This document shows positions 33,810 to 44,800 of a stretch of DNA of 64,000 nucleotides, one piece after another; position 1 is the stretch's first letter; every line of letters begins with the position of its first letter. The notes under the pieces are model-generated. The model was not told the origin of the DNA, did no database searches, and was given only the letters and a program-made list of their open reading frames with translations. The DNA comes from Naegleria gruberi. Taxonomy: Eukaryota. The stretch lies in the NCBI GenBank assembly GCA_000004985.1, contig GG738872.1. One strand, written 5' to 3'. A program made the position numbers and the translations under genes.

Positions 33810-36800
33810 CTAAGGTTCTAACAAATCGATTTCATCATTTTCAGAGACCTCTTCGTCTTCATCATCAGTATTGTCTTCTTCCTGTTGAGTAGATTGTTCT
33901 TCAATACTAGCCCACAAATCATCATCGAGAAATTCAATTTGTGAATCGGAGGAACATTTTCGTTTCTTTTTTGGTTGTTGTTCTACTGGAGTGGAGGATG
34001 TTGAGCTATCTTCTTTAACTTTTACATGGCATACTTCGATGGAACATCCAGCTTTCGTGAGTAGATCAATCCAAATAATTTGTTTTTCACTGAGTTTGTC
34101 TCCTGGTCCTTTGATTTCACTGAGGAGATGTTCGTGTTTTCCATCTTGCTGAATTTTCCATAATATTAAATCAGGCATTCCACTTCTATTTTCCTTAATG
34201 TCTTCTGCTAGAGTTTGGAGAATTGTTGTGGTGACCTTGATTGGAAAACATTCGGCAATAGCTAGGAGAGCTTCCAATTTTTCATTTTCCTTATTTTCGG
34301 TTTGGCTACTCGAATCATCATCATCTTGGATTTCCATTGTCATTTCCTCATCTCCATCTTCCTCTGTTGGTTCAGTAAAGGCTCTCCAATTACAACAAAC
34401 AGCATTAACGCCATAATTTTCATTCCAACATGTCTTGATTTGCTCTTTCAAATATTGAGCACCTTTTTCTTCAATTTCTTCCAGTCGTTTCTTGAACTTG
34501 TCTCTCCTACGTATGTAGAATGCATCAGTCATGAAATCAAGAGGGCACGATTGGTACTTGTTCTGGAATACATATGGTATTGATGAGTCAAAAACAATAT
34601 TCCACATTACTAGCATAAACATCATGGCCCACAAAGATCCTTCAGAGTGTGCTCCTTGCATACAATTCTTCATTTCATAATGTTCCATAGCAAAATCTTC
34701 CACACTCACAATTGTTTCGTTGTCCTTATGTGAAATAAAGTGGTGTTTCTTTTCTCTATATTTTCTATTTTCTAACTTTTTTGTTTTCCCTTGAATGTAT
34801 ACTAATTTGGGTGGTTTAACATTGGTGGAGATGAATTTATCAATTACTGAGCTTTCTTTGGATAGGGAAGAATATAGTTTCGAATTGATCTTTTCCAACT
34901 TTTTACAAATTCTAAAGTAGCGTTTTTCAAGAGCATACAACTTGTTAGGCGGCAAACTAATACTCCTAGCAAATACAGAACCAGTCTCATTGAAAATTCC
35001 AGCCTTACAAGATTGAAGAGCATTCTTATAGGACTCTTCAGTTTTCAAATGTTCATAATCGAGTGCTAGTCTATTATAGAACTCTCCTCTTTTACCTATC
35101 ATGAATGGTGACTCTATTATTTGCTTGGTATATTGTATGGCCAATTCATAATTCTTATTTCTCTCTAACACCTTAACACAGAACCACAAGAGTCTTCCAT
35201 AAATGTATCCACATCTAAATCTTAATAAATAATAATCCATCGTGAAATCTGAATTGGATTCCTCGTACATTTTCTTCAAAATTGAGGTATCTTGCTCCAA
35301 TCTTGATGCGATATCTTTTGCAAAATTATTGAATTTTTCAACAATTCCATCTACATTACTCTTTTGAATCATATCCAATCTCATTTCTATGGTTGAAAGA
35401 AGTGCATCTTGTGAGTTTTGTGCATCTTGGCCATTCTGTTTGTTAGGAGTTGGATCAGGAACGTCAATCGAATCCATCCATGTATTGGCGATATCAAATG
35501 CTTCTTCGTATTTGATAAAATCCTCTCGAGAACTGAACAAGCTCTTTTGTTCTTGAATTTCATATTTTGGGAAGATTGCAATCTTCTTTTGTTCTAAAAT
35601 CATAATGGTTGCGTTATCAGCTGATTGTGAAAGAAAATAGAGGTGATGAATACGTTTGAAAATAGTTTTCCCATATGATCCTAATCTATAGTACATTGAT
35701 TCAATTTCCTTGCTAGAAGTTGATGCTTTTGCAATAAGTTTCAGGATGTCAGATGGTCTCATTATTGTTGGATCTGAATCTTTGGCACTATCATCTAGTG
35801 GTTTTGATTCGGTCGGCTCCTTCTTTTTGAGAAAGGTAAGCTTCTTTTGTTGTTTCCCATCGCTTCCAACAGAGTTCAATGACTCTGGTTTGGTAATTAT
35901 TGTTTTGATAAGGTCTTGTTTTGGAGAATCTGTTGTCTTTTTGGATTTTTCTTTTTTTACAATATTACTGAGATTCTTCTTGTCTATAATTGCTTTCAAT
36001 TGCTTGTTTGTAAATTCAGATAGCAAGCTTTTCAAATCGTCAATATTCCACTCAGTTGATGATTGTTCCCTATCCACAATAGATAAGCTGTCAACCAGCT
36101 GTACACTACCAAGATGTGAGAGTGCCTCTTTCACACTCTTGCAACATATCACTTGATTTTTCTTTCTCTCCTCGCTATCCTCTTCATTAATATCTATGGT
36201 TTTTTCCAACTCTTTCTTATATTTATCCAACTCGGTTTTTGTGAAATATTTCTGTTTTCTATTAAACATTCTAATATACAATCGTTGAGATGCTGTACAA
36301 AGATTTTTAAAATTACTGATATACTGCTTTTCTTCATCGATAAATAGATGGCCATCTCTCTTCATGACAGTATCCAAAATTTCCAAAAAGTGAAACAAGT
36401 AATAGCTTCTCACTCCATCAAATGAATCCTCTTCATTCAATCCCTGTGAGTCTAAGTTACCAAATCGTTGCTGACTATCCTGCTTGACCAAATCTGTAAG
36501 AGGTGAATTATCAAGAATGGTCACAACATGTGAATCGTGATCTTTTCCACCATCAATATCAATAATTGCTGATGAGAATAATTTACCACCATCGGAAGAG
36601 GAAGGAGTTCTGTTGACCATTTCACCAACAAGATTGTCATCATCATCGAGAATAATCAGGGCATCCTCTGCAGTATTTCCCTGTGAATCTACCTCCGAAA
36701 TACTTCTCTTCTTCGGAGTCACAGAAGAAGAATTATTATTACCTTTCGAAGGCTGGAAGAAGGAAAGAATTGAAGCTGATTTAACTCCAGGAGAAATTGA

Positions 36801-36971
36801 TTTCTTTTTTGATGACAGACTACTACTTGTACCAGGTGTTGATGATGAAGATTTCTTGCTACTTGCACTTCCACCACTTTGGCTTTTACTTGACGAAGGT
36901 GTCTTTGGTGATGGTGTGATGGAGTTTGCACCCTTCTTGTGTTTGCTGGAAGTGGGTGTTTTTGGAGGCAT
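33810..36971 (-). CDS. FAN1: FAN1 (FANCD2/FANCI-associated nuclease 1) ortholog with C-terminal VRR-NUC nuclease domain; single exon, 1053 aa.
   Basis: Blocks aligning with human FAN1: VRSYYLFHFLEILDTVMKRDGHLFIDEEKQYISNFKNLCTASQRLYIRMFNRK (human [53 protein letters not shown]); EGSLWAMMFMLVMWNIVFDSSIPYVFQNKYQSCPLDFMTDAFYIRRR (human [47 protein letters not shown]); VRR-NUC motif GMPDLILWKIQQDGKHEHLLSEIKGPGDKLSEKQIIWIDLLTKAGCSIEVCHVK (human GLPDLVVWN……[21 protein letters not shown]…GAEVEVCHV). ATG at 36971. Confidence 0.8.
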   Translation of the reverse strand: MPPKTPTSSKHKKGANSITPSPKTPSSSKSQSGGSASSKKSSSSTPGTSSSLSSKKKSISPGVKSASILSFFQPSKGNNNSSSVTPKKRSISEVDSQGNTAEDALIILDDDDNLVGEMVNRTPSSSDGGKLFSSAIIDIDGGKDHDSHVVTILDNSPLTDLVKQDSQQRFGNLDSQGLNEEDSFDGVRSYYLFHFLEILDTVMKRDGHLFIDEEKQYISNFKNLCTASQRLYIRMFNRKQKYFTKTELDKYKKELEKTIDINEEDSEERKKNQVICCKSVKEALSHLGSVQLVDSLSIVDREQSSTEWNIDDLKSLLSEFTNKQLKAIIDKKNLSNIVKKEKSKKTTDSPKQDLIKTIITKPESLNSVGSDGKQQKKLTFLKKKEPTESKPLDDSAKDSDPTIMRPSDILKLIAKASTSSKEIESMYYRLGSYGKTIFKRIHHLYFLSQSADNATIMILEQKKIAIFPKYEIQEQKSLFSSREDFIKYEEAFDIANTWMDSIDVPDPTPNKQNGQDAQNSQDALLSTIEMRLDMIQKSNVDGIVEKFNNFAKDIASRLEQDTSILKKMYEESNSDFTMDYYLLRFRCGYIYGRLLWFCVKVLERNKNYELAIQYTKQIIESPFMIGKRGEFYNRLALDYEHLKTEESYKNALQSCKAGIFNETGSVFARSISLPPNKLYALEKRYFRICKKLEKINSKLYSSLSKESSVIDKFISTNVKPPKLVYIQGKTKKLENRKYREKKHHFISHKDNETIVSVEDFAMEHYEMKNCMQGAHSEGSLWAMMFMLVMWNIVFDSSIPYVFQNKYQSCPLDFMTDAFYIRRRDKFKKRLEEIEEKGAQYLKEQIKTCWNENYGVNAVCCNWRAFTEPTEEDGDEEMTMEIQDDDDSSSQTENKENEKLEALLAIAECFPIKVTTTILQTLAEDIKENRSGMPDLILWKIQQDGKHEHLLSEIKGPGDKLSEKQIIWIDLLTKAGCSIEVCHVKVKEDSSTSSTPVEQQPKKKRKCSSDSQIEFLDDDLWASIEEQSTQQEEDNTDDEDEEVSENDEIDLLEP

Positions 36972-37214
36972 TTTTTTGGCGGTATTTTATGAATATGCTC
37001 TAAAGTTGAAATTCTTTATGTTGAAAAGATTACAATGAACAAGTATTTCATTTTGAAAATTACTCAATTTAACCAAATGGTTCCCTCATGCCTCTAATAG
37101 GAACTGGCTTTATATTGAATATGTTCTTAGATTTCATACACTGTTGAGATTGTTTTATCAATTTGTTTTTTCGCGCCAAAAATGAACGTTTAAAAAATTA
37201 ACAACATAAAAAAA

Positions 37215-38414
37215 ATGCCTCACAATGAAAGCATAATGTTCTCACCACCTCCACCAATGAGAGACTCACTCTTAACTGGTGGTCTGAGTTTAATAACCGA
37301 TCATCATGGATCATCACTCCTTGGTGATAATAGTCGCATGATGGACCAATCCGAAATGACATCAGAATTAATTATTGGCAATGATTTTGAAAATAACAAG
37401 AAGTTAACCTTCCTCCACTTACACGACACGGCACAAAACAAATTGGAAGATGAAGAAAGTGAAGGCTCCGTGATGAAAAGCCAACTCAAAAAGCTCTTGT
37501 TTTTGTACCAAGAATTGTGTACTAAAAAGATGAGCATGGAAAGATTAGAACATTTGGATGAGAGTGGAAATGTGGTGGATCGTTTTAAGGGATCGATGAA
37601 TTTTGATGAGAGCCACATTCAACAGGAAAAGAAGGAATACAAGCAAAAGAAGAAGGAAACCAACATGTTATCGGAAGAGTTGGAAACCAAGACTAAGATT
37701 TTACATGAAAAGTTTGCTCATCTCAAGAGTTTGAAACAAAGATATGAGGAAATGTTTGAAAAGTTGGAGAATCCAGACCTTTTAGAAGATAGCACATCAC
37801 TAATTGATATTATGACAGATAATACACCTGCAGTTGAAGAACAACAAATAGTAGATAACCATTCTCAAGATGCTGATAGTCAAGACAATCAAGGAGGTAT
37901 GACTGTCGTCGATGAAGAAGATGAAATTGGGAAAGAGCCAAAAACACTTGATGAATATCTGGGAGATACCAGAAAACGTCTCTCATTCTCTGATGTTGGA
38001 GCAGAAGAAGATATTGAAGAAGAAGAGGACGAGGACGAAGAAGAAAGAATTATTCCAGTTCAACCTCCAAAGCCAATTGAAAACTTGACCATCCTGTCTG
38101 CTGTGAATGAATTCAAATTCCTCAAATGGTGTAACAATATTGAAATTATAGACTGTAGAGAATTCCATTCGAAACAAGTAGTAGAAGTTGAATTGAAGAT
38201 ACCTCTTTCAGCAGATCAAGTTACCAAACTGGATGTAGTCCTCTCATTCAACAAACATTACAAAGAACCTGCTTTAATTTCAGTAACATGTGCTCAACCA
38301 ATTTCATCGCAGAGAATTGACTTTTCTGACATTATTCAGCGAGCCATTTACCTTAACGACGTACCTTATTTATTCTCTGCAATCTCTAGTAGAGTTCGCA
38401 GCTCGAAGAAATAA
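37215..38414 (+). CDS. Hypothetical acidic coiled-coil protein (399 aa), possibly a kinetochore/centromere-type protein with a C-terminal RWD-like region. Function unknown.
   Basis: ATG-initiated ORF. Central heptad-rich region (…LEHLDESGNVVDRFKG…KTKILHEKFAHLKSLKQRYEEMFEKLEN…), acidic stretch, ordered C-terminus (…FKFLKWCNNIEIIDCREFHSKQVVEVELKIPLSADQVTKLDVVLSFNKHYKEPALISVTCAQP…). No firm family call. Confidence 0.4.
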   Translation: MPHNESIMFSPPPPMRDSLLTGGLSLITDHHGSSLLGDNSRMMDQSEMTSELIIGNDFENNKKLTFLHLHDTAQNKLEDEESEGSVMKSQLKKLLFLYQELCTKKMSMERLEHLDESGNVVDRFKGSMNFDESHIQQEKKEYKQKKKETNMLSEELETKTKILHEKFAHLKSLKQRYEEMFEKLENPDLLEDSTSLIDIMTDNTPAVEEQQIVDNHSQDADSQDNQGGMTVVDEEDEIGKEPKTLDEYLGDTRKRLSFSDVGAEEDIEEEEDEDEEERIIPVQPPKPIENLTILSAVNEFKFLKWCNNIEIIDCREFHSKQVVEVELKIPLSADQVTKLDVVLSFNKHYKEPALISVTCAQPISSQRIDFSDIIQRAIYLNDVPYLFSAISSRVRSSKK

Positions 38415-38595
38415 TCTCTTGTAAATATAACCAAATAAACCTAGGACTTATTTATTAATGTTATAATATTGAATTATTTGAAGGATTACAATTTCCTTGT
38501 TTTACCTTCTTTTTAAAAGTTACCGTTACACAATTTTGATTGTTATTTAAAATTTTAATGTGATCAAATAGCAATTAAATCAAAAAAAAGGCAGA

Positions 38596-39615
38596 ATGAC
38601 ACAAGTGATATCCGCTCTCGAGATTCACTCCCAACTCCACGCCAAGAAAGTTGGTGACACCATCACTGTCAATTCACAATCCTATCCTATTCGCCTTCGC
38701 TCATCAAACAAATGCAAATTTGTTCATGTGGAAAACATTTGTTTTATTGAACAAAATGAAAAATCCAACTCAAAATATGGAGAGAGAGCTCGCGATGGTG
38801 AAAAGATCACATGGATTGTTACTGGTTCAAAATGGGGATTAATTTGTGACGATTCAGTGGAAGAAACATGTAGTGTTTTGAATGAAGATGGAGAGTTGAC
38901 TTGTGGTACTTTTGTCAAGTTGGATAAGAAGACTCTAGTTGATATTCATGGCGCCCTCCATGATTCCTCTCAAAAATCCATTACAATTCAAGGAAAAACA
39001 TTCAAGAAAACATGCAAGAATAAGTGTAATTTATTTGAAATTAATTCCAGTCAATTCATTGAACAAAACAAGACAAAGAACAGTGATTATGCAAAGAAAG
39101 CAAAGAAGGGTGATAAGATTACTTGGGTTATGGTTTCAAATGTGAGTGGATTCAATGCTCATAAATCATGGGGACTCATCATGAATGGAGAAATAGAGAA
39201 GGATTGTCTCCTCTTCCAAGAAGAGGATGATGATAATGAACAAGCTCAAGTTGTGGAACCAACAGAAGAAGAGGATAAACAACAAGAATCCAATAAGGAA
39301 AACAGCACTCCAAAAATTCTCTATGAATCTGTTTCAGCTATTTCATCAGAAAAGAAAAATGAAAAGCTCAGATATGCCACCCCAGTCAAGAAACTCCAAC
39401 ACAAAAGAAGTCTTGATAAGAGCTCTCCTTCTCTCTTCTCTTCTCCTGCCTCAAGTGAGAAATTGATTCCATCTACACCTCCTTCAATAGTGAAATGTTC
39501 ACCTCTAGAACAAGTTTTGGAAATTCCAGTACGTTCGAGAACGACTCGTAGAAAGAAAAACAAGAAAGACTCCTCTCCGTTGTCTAAGAACTTTGCCCCT
39601 GTTGTAAATCAATAA
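38596..39615 (+). CDS. Hypothetical protein with an internal tandem duplication of a domain of about 60 aa, followed by an acidic and Ser/Pro-rich tail.
   Basis: Repeat 1 …FIEQNEKSNSKYGERARDGEKITWIVTGSKWGLICDDSVEE…; repeat 2 …FIEQNKTKNSDYAKKAKKGDKITWVMVSNVSGFNAHKSWGLIMNGEIEKD… (same order of FIEQN, K.S.Y, KITW, WGLI). ATG at 38596. Confidence 0.45.
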   Translation: MTQVISALEIHSQLHAKKVGDTITVNSQSYPIRLRSSNKCKFVHVENICFIEQNEKSNSKYGERARDGEKITWIVTGSKWGLICDDSVEETCSVLNEDGELTCGTFVKLDKKTLVDIHGALHDSSQKSITIQGKTFKKTCKNKCNLFEINSSQFIEQNKTKNSDYAKKAKKGDKITWVMVSNVSGFNAHKSWGLIMNGEIEKDCLLFQEEDDDNEQAQVVEPTEEEDKQQESNKENSTPKILYESVSAISSEKKNEKLRYATPVKKLQHKRSLDKSSPSLFSSPASSEKLIPSTPPSIVKCSPLEQVLEIPVRSRTTRRKKNKKDSSPLSKNFAPVVNQ

Positions 39616-39658
39616 TAAGCACGTTTGGAACTTGTTTAAATAAATTTATAACTTATAT

Positions 39659-40934
39659 CTAAAAGTAAGGTGCAACAACAGTTTTCTTTGGTTTTTGAAT
39701 TGCATGACTGAAATGAACAGATGTCAAATTAGGTTCCCCTGCCTGAACTTTGAAATAATAATAAGCAAGTGCACCAATAATAAAAATGTAACAGCACCCA
39801 GACACAACAAGACCAAAGCCAACTGTAGTGACAACTATCACTACAATGGTTGTAGGTGTATCAATACTAGTGTTTGTTTTTCCTTGAGATTCAGATAATA
39901 TTTCCATTGTCTCCCAATTCAAAGAGTGTATGAAAATCTTGTCTTTGGATTTGATAACTTTCAATCTCTTATTTGATGAAACCCAATTAAGCTCCTTCTT
40001 AAGTTGAATCTCTTCATTATTCAAGTCAAGTTTCTTCACTTGATTGTCAAGGGTGGTAATGAACAAGTTGTTCCGGGAACATTGCATGGAAGACACCGAA
40101 TTTCCAATTTCATAAACAGTACTCCTTCCACCTTCCTTATTAATTGCTGTCAATACCCAACTCGCCTCCATTCTTGCTGTCTTTGCCAAGAGGTACAGGT
40201 TTCCAGAGCAAAATTTCATTTTCATGTCATCAGCTCTCTCAGTCCAAGAATAGAAGATACTTGAGCCACCAGTCTCTGCTTCCACTTTCTTAATAATATT
40301 ATTATCTTTTTTATAATCAAAGAGGTCGATAAGATTTCAAGCAATAACTTACCTCGATCAGCCATGTAAATATCATTTGTCTTTGAATCAACAGTAATTG
40401 ATGAAATATGATTCATATTCAAGTCCATTCTCACAATATTAGAAATATTTCTTGTTGTCATGTCCAGCACTTTAATATTGTTACCAGATTCTATCCATAT
40501 TAAATTTCCTTTCCACATGTTCAATTCTCTAATGTTCCCAACTGCTTCAAGGTTGTTTGGGCAATTAGCATCATCTCCCTTACCCACCTTTGAATAATAA
40601 ATAAGGACAGCAAATATTTGCTATTACATACCATTAATGTGCTGATCATTCCATTCGTTAACTCCACTTTCCTTATTGTATTATTCTCAACAAAGAATAG
40701 GACATTATTCTCTTCATCAAAATAAGAATTGTAAGCCTCTATTGTTAATTCATAACTGTTCTCCTCTCCATCACCACTGCCAACAACAGTACACTGTTCA
40801 TGTGCTGCTTTCGAGATGTTCCAATTTGATTTGGAGCTCACAATAACCGCTATGACTATCAAGCTGACTAACAAAATTATATAACCAGCAACCAATTTTC
40901 TATTTCCTATACACAAATTGTTCTTCCTCATCAT
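39659..40934 (-). CDS. Membrane protein with YWTD/LDL-receptor-class-B-like beta-propeller repeats, an N-terminal signal anchor and a C-terminal TM helix. Three exons: complement(40632..40934), complement(40353..40587), complement(39659..40284); introns of 44 and 68 nt.
   Basis: Repeat signatures: LIWIESGNNIKVLDMTTRNISNIV, TNDIYMADR, SSIFYSWTERADDMKMKFCSGNLYLLAKT (YWTD-like blades). N-terminal hydrophobic segment YIILLVSLIVIAVIV. C-terminal TM IVVIVVTTVGFGLVVSGCCYIFIIGALAYYYF. Junctions …ISTLM|gtatgt…caaag|VGKGDD (phase 0) and …YMADR(G)|gtaagt…aagaaag|TGGAAG (phase 1), checked by hand. Confidence 0.55.
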
Positions 40935-41351
40935 GAATGATACGTTCGAACGTCTTTGCTTTCGAGGGTTCCTCTACTACAGTTTTTTATTTGGAATGCT
41001 ATCATTCAAAAGAGTGCGCTCTGGTTTGCAATTACAACCCCACGAAACACCTTAAATATTTTTGGCACCCTTAGATTTGGAAAAATAAAATTCTTTACCA
41101 ACCCTGACAAATGGTTGTAAAGAGCAGCGAATAATAGATGATTTCTTAATTATCTTTACATGGATTGTTATCATCATTATCTTATACAATGGTTGCTTAA
41201 GTATCAATCTTGTAATAATGAACATACATCGAGGAAGATATTCATATTATCACAGCTCCGAAAAAATGCCTGAATTCGAGTGGTAGGTTATCTGATAAAA
41301 GATTTTTTCATTAAATTTATTTATTTTACTCTCCGATTTGAACATATCATC

Positions 41352-44300
41352 ATGTTAACAACAACAATAATGATGATACTAATAATAACATATTTATTTG
41401 GATATAGGAAACCAAAACTTCGTAATTATAAAGCAGAGAATACCGATATTGATACTCTCTACTCGAATGGATTGATCAAGTTGGGATCTGCTCAATCAGC
41501 TGATCATCCACTCTCAAAGAAGAAGACCGTCAATGCCACAAAGGTTGTTGTTGTATCAGAAAATCCTCTCTCCGTAGATCCTTTGAGTGGTGGTGCCAGT
41601 CAATTCCTTGATCCTCTGTCAACAGCTAATAATAATGATAACCAACCTTCCCTCATCATCTCAGGACAACTCAATAGACAAATTGGTTCCAGACAAAAAG
41701 TTGGATATTTAAACTGGGCCTTCAAGAGACAAAAGTACTTAAAGAAGTACACAACAGATAAAAACATTCCGATCATATCGGTATGTAGTCATCACAAAAT
41801 ATTTAAATTTAAATTAATTAATATTTAGAATATTATGGAAGAAGAAGAAGGCAGAGTTATTAAACTCGAGGACAGATTAAAGATGAGATTAGATGAATTG
41901 GATAAGGAAGAAAAAGAACAAGATACACAATATATGGCTCAAAAGGATTATCTTCGCCATTTGGAAAAGTTAAACGATGAATTGAAAGATGCTTGGAACA
42001 TACATAATGATCGTGTTAAATCTTTAAAGATTGTCATTAAATGTTCTAAAATTCTCGGAAAAAGCACTGTTCCTCAATTTTACCCAAGTATGTTTGTATT
42101 GGTCAGTGAAGTTTTGGATACTTTTGGAAAATTGGTTTATAACAGAATTAAGGAGAAGGCTAACCGTACTGATCCTATCACTGGTAAAATTATTTCCAAA
42201 TTACCAAAGGAATTTTCCTTACATGATGTTACTGAAGATGCTAAAGAAGTTTGTAGAAATTGGCATTATAAGGTTGCTTCTATTCGTGAACTTTTAGGTA
42301 GACTTTATTTGGAAATGACAATTTTGTCTAGTTATAGATTTATTTATGATGGAGATGTCAGACTCAAGAAAGATTTTGTTAGAATTGCAAAGGAAATTAG
42401 AGGTATTGGTGATCCACTTATTGCCAACTATGCTCGTTGCTATTTAGCAAGAAAAGGGTTTGAATTGATTCCAGATGAAAAGGAATATTTAATGATCTTG
42501 TTCGATGATTTTGTCTATACACAACAACAAATGGAAGAAGAGCACTTTACCAAATTCCTCAACAAGGTTGGTATCAATAAGGGTCAATACTTTGATCTTT
42601 TAGCTCCTGCTCTCGATTGGATTTTGGAAGTTTTGGGTAAGGATGCTGGAGAACCACTTTTCCACAAAGTTTTAGATAGATATCAAAAAGAAGGAAAATC
42701 AAGTGCCATCTTCTTGAACAGTATCATCAATTCATTTGAAGCTCACTTGGTTGCTCAAGCTGCCTCCATTCTTATTTATGAAATTAAGAATTGTGACGAT
42801 TCTCTCCCTAGACATATTCTTTTCAAATCTTTGGGAGAACAATTTTGCGTTTGTCCACCAGATGACAAGAACAAATTGGAACTCTTGAACGAAATTTGGA
42901 AATTTGTTACAACCATGAAGGAAATTGTTGATTATACATCAGTTGTTGAAGTCTTTATTGAATTTGTCTGTAAATCATTTTCTCTCAAGGAAGTTGGTAT
43001 TTTACTCAGAGACTTGCTTCAACACTTGAAGAATAGTGGTATGACAACATTTGAAATTGTGGAAGCTGACATTCAAAATATTCTCTTGACAATTTTGGAA
43101 AATACTGATGATTTTATCAAGGCATTCAATCTGCAACAATTCTTGCCACTTTTTGACATGCTTTCGAATATTAGAAGAGTTGAAGTCAGTAAGGGAATGT
43201 TGAAGGCATTTGCAAAGAGAAAGAGCACAACAGCAGCTGATCCTGTTGTTATTAGCTCCTTGTTCGATCTTGCACAAACTGTCCAAAACTCTGTAAATGA
43301 ACTCTCACAAGATTTTGAAAAGGAAGAAGTTTGTGAAGCTCTCGTTGGCTTTGTAAATGGCATTGACTTTGGTATGGCATTGGAAAAACAACTCAACTTT
43401 TTCGTTGATTGCAGAAAATCATTCTCAATGTTTGATAGCATTAATGAAGCATTAATCACCAAGACATTGAATATGATTGCTAAAACTTACAAATTTGTGA
43501 AGGCTCAACACTCTACCAAGACAAGTTCCTTTGTCAAGGCATGTATTTCCTTCTGTCACATTACAATTCCTTCCCTCTCTAATCTTTTCAAGAGAACCAA
43601 ACTTTATGTTTTGAGTGGGCAATATGCAGTCATGAACAATTTACTTCCTCAAGCAAATTCATTATTCAAGCTTGCCATTGAAACAATTAACAGTATTCCA
43701 AGAATTGAAACACTCGCTGATAATACAGTTATAGATAATACTGAAGATTTGGTTTCATTGATTTGTTTCATTTCCAGTTGCTTTGTTTCAGTTCCAGGTC
43801 ACCCTGAACAAGGTCCATTCTATCTTATGAGAGGTTTATTGAACTTGATTCAGGAATATGATTGGGGAGTTGGATCAGATGCCAAGATTCGTCTCTTCAT
43901 CTACACCTTATCAACATTAAGTGCCTTAGCTCAAGAAAACCTTCCATACACTTACACAGGTGTGAGCAGTAATGATGAATTGTTCATGGAAGATGACGAT
44001 TACAAACAACAAATTATTGCTATTGGTAACACTATAATTGGAAAGACTGTAGAGGAAATAATGTCGCTAGGTAAAGATGAAGATTTCTCCTCGAAGAGGA
44101 AGCAAGCATTGTGCGCAGCAGAATTGCTCAACTCTATTGTATTTATATCAGCATTTAATAATCAATTGTTAGGACTTGTTGGAGATTTGTACAAATTAGC
44201 TCAAAATGATGACCAAGCACGTAAGATTGTAAACAACATTAAGAATAATGTCAATTATCTTGCCACCTCAGATCGTCTCAATGTTATTGGTTACTCCTCC

Positions 44301-44381
44301 AAAGAACCAATCATGAAAAAACAATTCAAATTGGACAAGCAACAATTTACCGTTTTACAATCTAAAGTTTTCTCTCAATAA
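41352..44381 (+). CDS. VPS35L: VPS35L (VPS35 endosomal sorting factor-like; C16orf62; retriever complex subunit) ortholog. Two exons: 41352..41780 and 41829..44381; 48-nt intron 41781..41828.
   Basis: Blocks aligning with human VPS35L: …KLRNYKAENTDIDTL…ADHPLSKKKTVNATKVVVVSENPLSVDPLSGGASQFLDPLS (human …[43 protein letters not shown]…VVDPLSSVLDGTDPLS) and [42 protein letters not shown] (human [42 protein letters not shown]). Donor ATATCG|gtatgt, acceptor atatttag|AATATTATGGAAG, phase 0. Start ATG choice (41352) is approximate. Confidence 0.8.
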
Positions 44382-44800
44382 TAAATTTATTCTATTTTAA
44401 CAAATTTCTAGAAATAATATTTAATAATAATAGAAATAATAAATAATAATATTAAAAATTAACAAATCTGATCCATTGATCCTGAATAGATAATATTATC
44501 TCCAATAATTAACATTTAATTTACTAGAATACTATCTACCATTTAAACACCTCAATAAATTTTCTAAAACCAAACTCAAAGGTCCCACAATGGAAAACTG
44601 ATCGTTCCTTGATTACTCCTACACTTCTCCAATCAGCCAATCAATAAAACAGTTCGGATTGTAAAAACATCCGTCAGTTGTTTTTTAACCTTCAAGCAAT
44701 GTCAAACTCACTATCACAGCAGCGATGTTTCACTTTGCGCAACAGAATTTTTTCACACCTTCTTTTGATACTCAGCCTCTTGAATTGACCATTAAAAAAA

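Noticed and set aside
41280-41351. Upstream extension of VPS35L from the track start 41280
   Set aside because: 41280 is a GTG. The first in-frame ATG is at 41352, and the conserved N-terminal similarity to VPS35L (…RNYKAE…) begins shortly after it.
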